From assembly GCA_019056805.1 (NCBI GenBank), contig DXJG01000003.1, positions 27,712-59,711 of the forward strand: DNA of 32,000 nucleotides, read 5' to 3'. A program made the translations under genes and the position numbers. Position 1 is the stretch's first letter, and the number at the start of each line of letters is the position of its first letter. The stretch is from Candidatus Baldrarchaeota archaeon (GTDB lineage: Archaea; Asgardarchaeota; Baldrarchaeia; Baldrarchaeales; DXJG01). Positions 28,801 through 32,000 of the stretch are shown here, one piece after another. Under the pieces are notes generated by a model. The model was not told the origin of the DNA. It made no database searches and saw only the letters and a list, made by a program, of their open reading frames with translations.

Positions 28801-30184
28801 ACTTAAGAAAAAATTTGAGAGTAAAAGACGTGTAGAATTCCTTTACAGGTTTGATAACGGCCTAGGAATTGATGACGGAGTATTAGGTAGAGATTGGATA
28901 AGTAAGATTGGAAAAGTTGAGCAGTTAGTAAAAACACAAGTAGACTTCTGGAATAAATATGTAGAAAAATGTAAGGTCGAAAAAGGTAAAATGCCAAACT
29001 TTTTTGACACCGTAGCTCAATCGATTCTCGAAATACATCCCGTAATGACGGATAACACTGTTGAGACAGTTATAAAGCTATGTGATCCACCATTCCTCAA
29101 TGAACCACCCATGGCACATACAGAATTAACCTTAACGCTCAAAAAAGTATCAGAGAGATTAAATATTGAAGGACTAAGTGAACAAAAAAGTTCTGTTGAG
29201 GATATCAAGATAAAAGTGGAAAACTACATTAAAGAGAATTTTGGAGAATTCTATGAAAAAGTACATAAAGAATTTCTACAAAAAATCGAAGAAATAGAAG
29301 GAAAAGAAAGAGCTAAACTTGAAAAAACTAAATCAGCTGATGAAATCAATAAAATACTTAGTAAACCCGTTAATGAAGTCAGCAATAAAATATTTGAAGG
29401 AAGCGGTTCATGGAACTATGAATTACTTGATACGGTAAGGAAAGAAAGATACGAACTAAGATCCAAAGCAAGAAGTGAAATTTACAGTGGAAATCTGAAT
29501 AAGATTGTATCTGATGGAAATGTTGAGAAAATTTTCGTTGAGTTACCAACTGACCCACAAAAAGAAGGAGTAAAATTTTTGACAGGGCACATCGAGAAAT
29601 CATTGAAATCAGAGAAGATTAAAAGTGTTTACAAGAAAATTCTTGGAAAAGCATGTAACATGGGTACATCAACAATATTTATAGTCATTTTTGTAACAGC
29701 AAGCTTCTTGGGAACTAGATTTGGAATGGAAATCTATAATATTTTGCCCGAAGACGCTAAAACTACTTTAAAATCTGGTTCTCAAAAATTCAAGGTTTAT
29801 ATGTTACTAGCATGCGTTAGTTATGCTTTAGTAAACGTAGATGATTATCAAGATTTTACAAAAGTCATTAAACGCGTAAAGGACGAGGGAACATTGAAAG
29901 ACGTTGCAAAAGTCTTACTACAAACATTTCTAGGCTGTTTGTTAAACGGCATATTAATAGGGATGCTTCTAGAGGAAGAAGGCGACATTATTTTAGCTGA
30001 TGAAATTATACCCTACATTGCGAGAACCATATTTGGAAACAATGCATGGATATTTGAAAAAATTATATGGCCAATTGTGGACACAACAGTTCAAATTTTT
30101 GGAAATGGAGGACCAATAATGTACTTAGCAGGAACAGCGATAGGATCCATTGTAATACAAATATTACAACAAGTAATAAATTAA
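25841..30184 (+). CDS. Large (1447 aa) putative exported/membrane protein with caspase/CHAT-like His-Cys motif
   Basis: SD GGAGGGAG and ATG at 25841. Basic plus hydrophobic N-terminus, LVVLTHG...FVYLPFCNMG, amphipathic helical middle, hydrophobic C-terminus. Confidence 0.75.
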   Translation: MKIKSKSTILIFIVLLMDFSAIGLISTSEGKVLDALSRIKEPKIYINSLNPSFQEFKNGTPAKIWEEEIIGRIVVSPLGNTPNTGQGITLNSNIENNWTTGINATGYLSEDIEELYEKSIENINRTGTLVLAFLATDIEVLNETLFSDERTRIVIDEILRFAEEVGDAAIILTGNYCTAKILMYMLWLTERDRRINEIYLVVLTHGVLNETSQIHGMLMHGENGVAVVNGETLKYLAKILRLKRLDKLKFVYLPFCNMGREKEIHSDSSVVAFFEEYSKAQILTYEGETYLNGEYIASIQSILSSGTYELIEENVYFPVQVIDNFTSQTVEGYLEFTVIDEIEELNSTINPYEIYDSNENVTLGSRFRHETTSGGNYRVTVHGKRVKATIHHGTPPRSYMRKKLKHISYQVPPKCKTFGARGPKIDFKHKAKSIPLVAGRFWKPPKSEKKYFGNSPVGKLRTSIDEIKRTILIVDEIFNTIYKNYYEIKHAVYRWIDATFNAPWNKWMRGPIKTTLDNTVFRGANFIINFAKQYLKTIICIAYNLKNSGESLGELVAALIIAAIAKLAKGILKYFSWTINKLLKTLSNVLGVDLSWVKKILDSWIDPNIKFLDNAVAYSESTFKSAAQKFTNAIIKPFNWIWNQIKNLFDTLWSNFIDFSVDNYLTLAYLLSELAVEGKLPEKLVRSIMNNAGKILDFIISIQPIEKRLESWFKIYYVWLTSALIAGKIRIEIPESWKTIVSRDVEKTNKMANGRVENLHKTLYDILGDKVKHTNLLRMDDVMIVFRRGLSNIKWRDVHFPEEIIGRIERIVLNKELIEKLKDKKLVEIDENGKIKRIVLDYDKTGRKFHYWYGEVNIVQVIHTHIDGKPVAFAIVWEGYLNWFTDPDEDKNLKNSKDKYFEERIKDGIFYGENGDIRALMSEFKPCKVETEDFTLKGYRIVLGLKIKVTPGKEGINVRTLEDKFDESYKKLIPTELVQKLIESNPELKKKFESKRRVEFLYRFDNGLGIDDGVLGRDWISKIGKVEQLVKTQVDFWNKYVEKCKVEKGKMPNFFDTVAQSILEIHPVMTDNTVETVIKLCDPPFLNEPPMAHTELTLTLKKVSERLNIEGLSEQKSSVEDIKIKVENYIKENFGEFYEKVHKEFLQKIEEIEGKERAKLEKTKSADEINKILSKPVNEVSNKIFEGSGSWNYELLDTVRKERYELRSKARSEIYSGNLNKIVSDGNVEKIFVELPTDPQKEGVKFLTGHIEKSLKSEKIKSVYKKILGKACNMGTSTIFIVIFVTASFLGTRFGMEIYNILPEDAKTTLKSGSQKFKVYMLLACVSYALVNVDDYQDFTKVIKRVKDEGTLKDVAKVLLQTFLGCLLNGILIGMLLEEEGDIILADEIIPYIARTIFGNNAWIFEKIIWPIVDTTVQIFGNGGPIMYLAGTAIGSIVIQILQQVIN

Positions 30185-30199
30185 CAATGGTGATAAAGA

Positions 30200-31630
30200 G
30201 TGAAGAAAAGCGAAATCAAGGAAAAATTGGAGAGAATAATGAAAGATTTAGATGACTTTAATATTGTGATTCGTGAAAAGGCTGCCCGCGACCTTGAAGA
30301 TATCAAATATGATTTAAAGCATCTAGATCAAAACCAGTTAAAAAATCTGGTACCAAAGTTGATTGAGAAGTTAGATGATCCAAGCGGTAAAGTTCGTCGT
30401 TATACAGCATATGTCCTTGAAAGCATTTCAACAACTTTCCCAGAGTTATTTAAGGACAAGATAACAGAACTAATGAAGAAATTAGATAAACCATGTGAGA
30501 AACCTTATAGAATATATGACCGCGAGAGCCACGATGAGATATACTTTCCCAACTATTGTCAACACGCCCGTTCTTGGATAGCACAAACTCTTGAAAACAT
30601 TTCAAAGAAATTTCCAGAACTCTTCAAAGACAAAATACCAAAACTAATAGAGTTATTAGATGATTCAAATGATGAAGTCTGTGCTACTACAGGATTTATT
30701 TTCAAGAACATTGGACGAAAATATCCAGAGTTAGTTAAAGATGCAATACCAAGGTTGTTAAGAAATGTGGAGGCACCTTCAGATGTGTGCTTTGGCGCAG
30801 TTGAAGCCTTGCTTCAAATCGCAGAAAAATATGCAGAAGAAATTAAAGACAAAATAGACGTGTTAATGGAAAAATTAGAATGGCTAACCTCCGATGATGA
30901 CGCAATTTACGAAGATATCGCAGATATTCTTCATATCATTTGGAAAAAATATCCTAGCTTAGTTGAAGAAGCGATGAAAAACCTATGGGAAGACTTGGAT
31001 GTCTACAAAACGAGAGCCATATCCGCAGTTGCATATAAACACCCAGAACTGGTTATAAATACAATACCAAAACTGAAGGAAGCTTTAAGCGGTAAAGATG
31101 AATCTATTCGTGATAGTGTCGTTGCAGCCTTGGGAAATATTGGAGTGAGATATCCACAACTAATTAAAGATATAATACCAAAACTAACAGAACTACTAGT
31201 TGACGAGAATCCTGACGTTTGCGAAGTGACGTATAACGTTCTTGTAGATCTCGTGGATAAACATCCAGAAATAGTTGAAAACATAATACCTAAACTAAAA
31301 GAAATAACATTTAGAGTAATTACAGAAACCGATTTGTTTAACAAATACAACCTCGAAGATCTAACCTACTTTCTAAAGAAGACAATTATAGAAAGACATC
31401 CTAAAATAATCGAAGATACGATACCAAAACTGATAGAAAAATTAGACGATCCAAACGAAGAAACACGTAGAAGAACTATATGGCTTCTAGGAGAAATTGG
31501 AGAGAAAAAACCAGAATTAGTCAAAAACGCAATACAAAACCTAAAAGAGAAACTAAACAATATCTCCATAGAGGTCCGCCAACAAGCCACCAAAACTCTT
31601 CAAAAAATAGATCAGAACATCCAGAAATAA
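30200..31630 (+). CDS. HEAT-repeat (alpha-solenoid) protein
   Basis: Recurrent ..P(E/Q)L(F/I/V)KD.IPKL.E.L.D.....VR repeats across 476 aa. Starts 15 nt after the large ORF. Confidence 0.88.
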   Translation: MKKSEIKEKLERIMKDLDDFNIVIREKAARDLEDIKYDLKHLDQNQLKNLVPKLIEKLDDPSGKVRRYTAYVLESISTTFPELFKDKITELMKKLDKPCEKPYRIYDRESHDEIYFPNYCQHARSWIAQTLENISKKFPELFKDKIPKLIELLDDSNDEVCATTGFIFKNIGRKYPELVKDAIPRLLRNVEAPSDVCFGAVEALLQIAEKYAEEIKDKIDVLMEKLEWLTSDDDAIYEDIADILHIIWKKYPSLVEEAMKNLWEDLDVYKTRAISAVAYKHPELVINTIPKLKEALSGKDESIRDSVVAALGNIGVRYPQLIKDIIPKLTELLVDENPDVCEVTYNVLVDLVDKHPEIVENIIPKLKEITFRVITETDLFNKYNLEDLTYFLKKTIIERHPKIIEDTIPKLIEKLDDPNEETRRRTIWLLGEIGEKKPELVKNAIQNLKEKLNNISIEVRQQATKTLQKIDQNIQK

Positions 31631-31667
31631 CACAATATTATTTTATCGTACCAATTGAAGCCAGTAA

Positions 31668-31890
31668 AATTATGAGAAAAATATACAAAAACTCATAAAG
31701 CTGTCAGACGATCCCCTTATGAAAAGGTTCATGAGGAAGTCCAAATAATTATTTGGAAATTCCATTGAAATATACCGTCCTAATTAAAGAGATATTTCCA
31801 AAACTAACAGAAAAATTAAAGGACAACGAAAAATACATCACAATACTAGTAGACAGCTTAAAAAAGACTACAACATTTGAATATGACTAA
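31668..31890 (+). pseudogene. Degenerate HEAT-repeat remnant
   Basis: Short broken frames IQKLIKLSDDP and KYTVLIKEIFPKLTEKLKD resemble RYPQLIKDIIPKLTELL of the upstream gene. DNA CTAATTAAAGA...CCAAAACTAACAGAA is shared with about 31160-31191. Confidence 0.55.
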
Positions 31891-31975
31891 AAGACAGTAA
31901 AACTACTAAAACATCCAGAAGTTCAAAATAGTAAATAAGATTGCAGTAACATCAGAAAGAATAGAGGAAAATTAA

Positions 31976-32000
31976 TGGTGCGGGCGCCGGGATTTGAACC
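31976..32000 (-). tRNA. 3' end of a tRNA (truncated by window edge; acceptor suggests Gly, anticodon not visible)
   Basis: Reverse complement reads GGTTCAAATCCCGG-CGCCCGC-A-CCA (T loop, T stem, acceptor 3' strand, CCA). Confidence 0.8.

Noticed and set aside
1328-31593. Numerous antisense or overlapping ORFs in the six-frame track (e.g. 1328..1570, 10259..10618, 19855..20238, 23203..23748, 31003..31350)
   Set aside because: They are shadows of well-identified genes on the other strand or frame, with no independent motifs.

Overview
Archaeal chromosomal window (TACK/Asgard-like housekeeping proteins; exact lineage not assignable from sequence alone). Positions 1-22 kb are the conserved archaeal transcription/translation superoperon region: rps13-rps4-rps11-rpoD-rpl18e-rpl13-rps9-rpoN-rps2, mvk-ipk-fni-DUF2118, an inverted rps28e-rpl24e pair, rpl7ae-ndk-infB-rps6e-eif2g-PIN-rpoE1-spt4-DUF359-rps24e-rps27ae-bud32-rdgB, and rps15-RecJ-like-pcc1-rps3ae. 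These are followed by a nucleotidyltransferase, glmU, a membrane protein and tRNA-Gly(TCC). An accessory block follows (a 1447-aa putative exported protein with a caspase/CHAT-like His-Cys motif, a HEAT-repeat protein and a decayed HEAT remnant), and the window ends in the 3' end of a convergent tRNA. Main result: two core protein-coding genes, rpoN (41 nt, 4800-4840) and infB/aIF5B (33 nt, 11452-11484), are each interrupted by a short hairpin insertion that folds into a canonical bulge-helix-bulge (BHB) splice substrate. Cutting at the standard BHB positions exactly restores the conserved motifs RCFTCG and GGITQHIG, while both unspliced messages hit a premature stop. This points to obligatory tRNA-endonuclease-type pre-mRNA splicing of transcription and translation genes in this organism. 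No splicing data are available here, so this is inferred from structure and reading frame.
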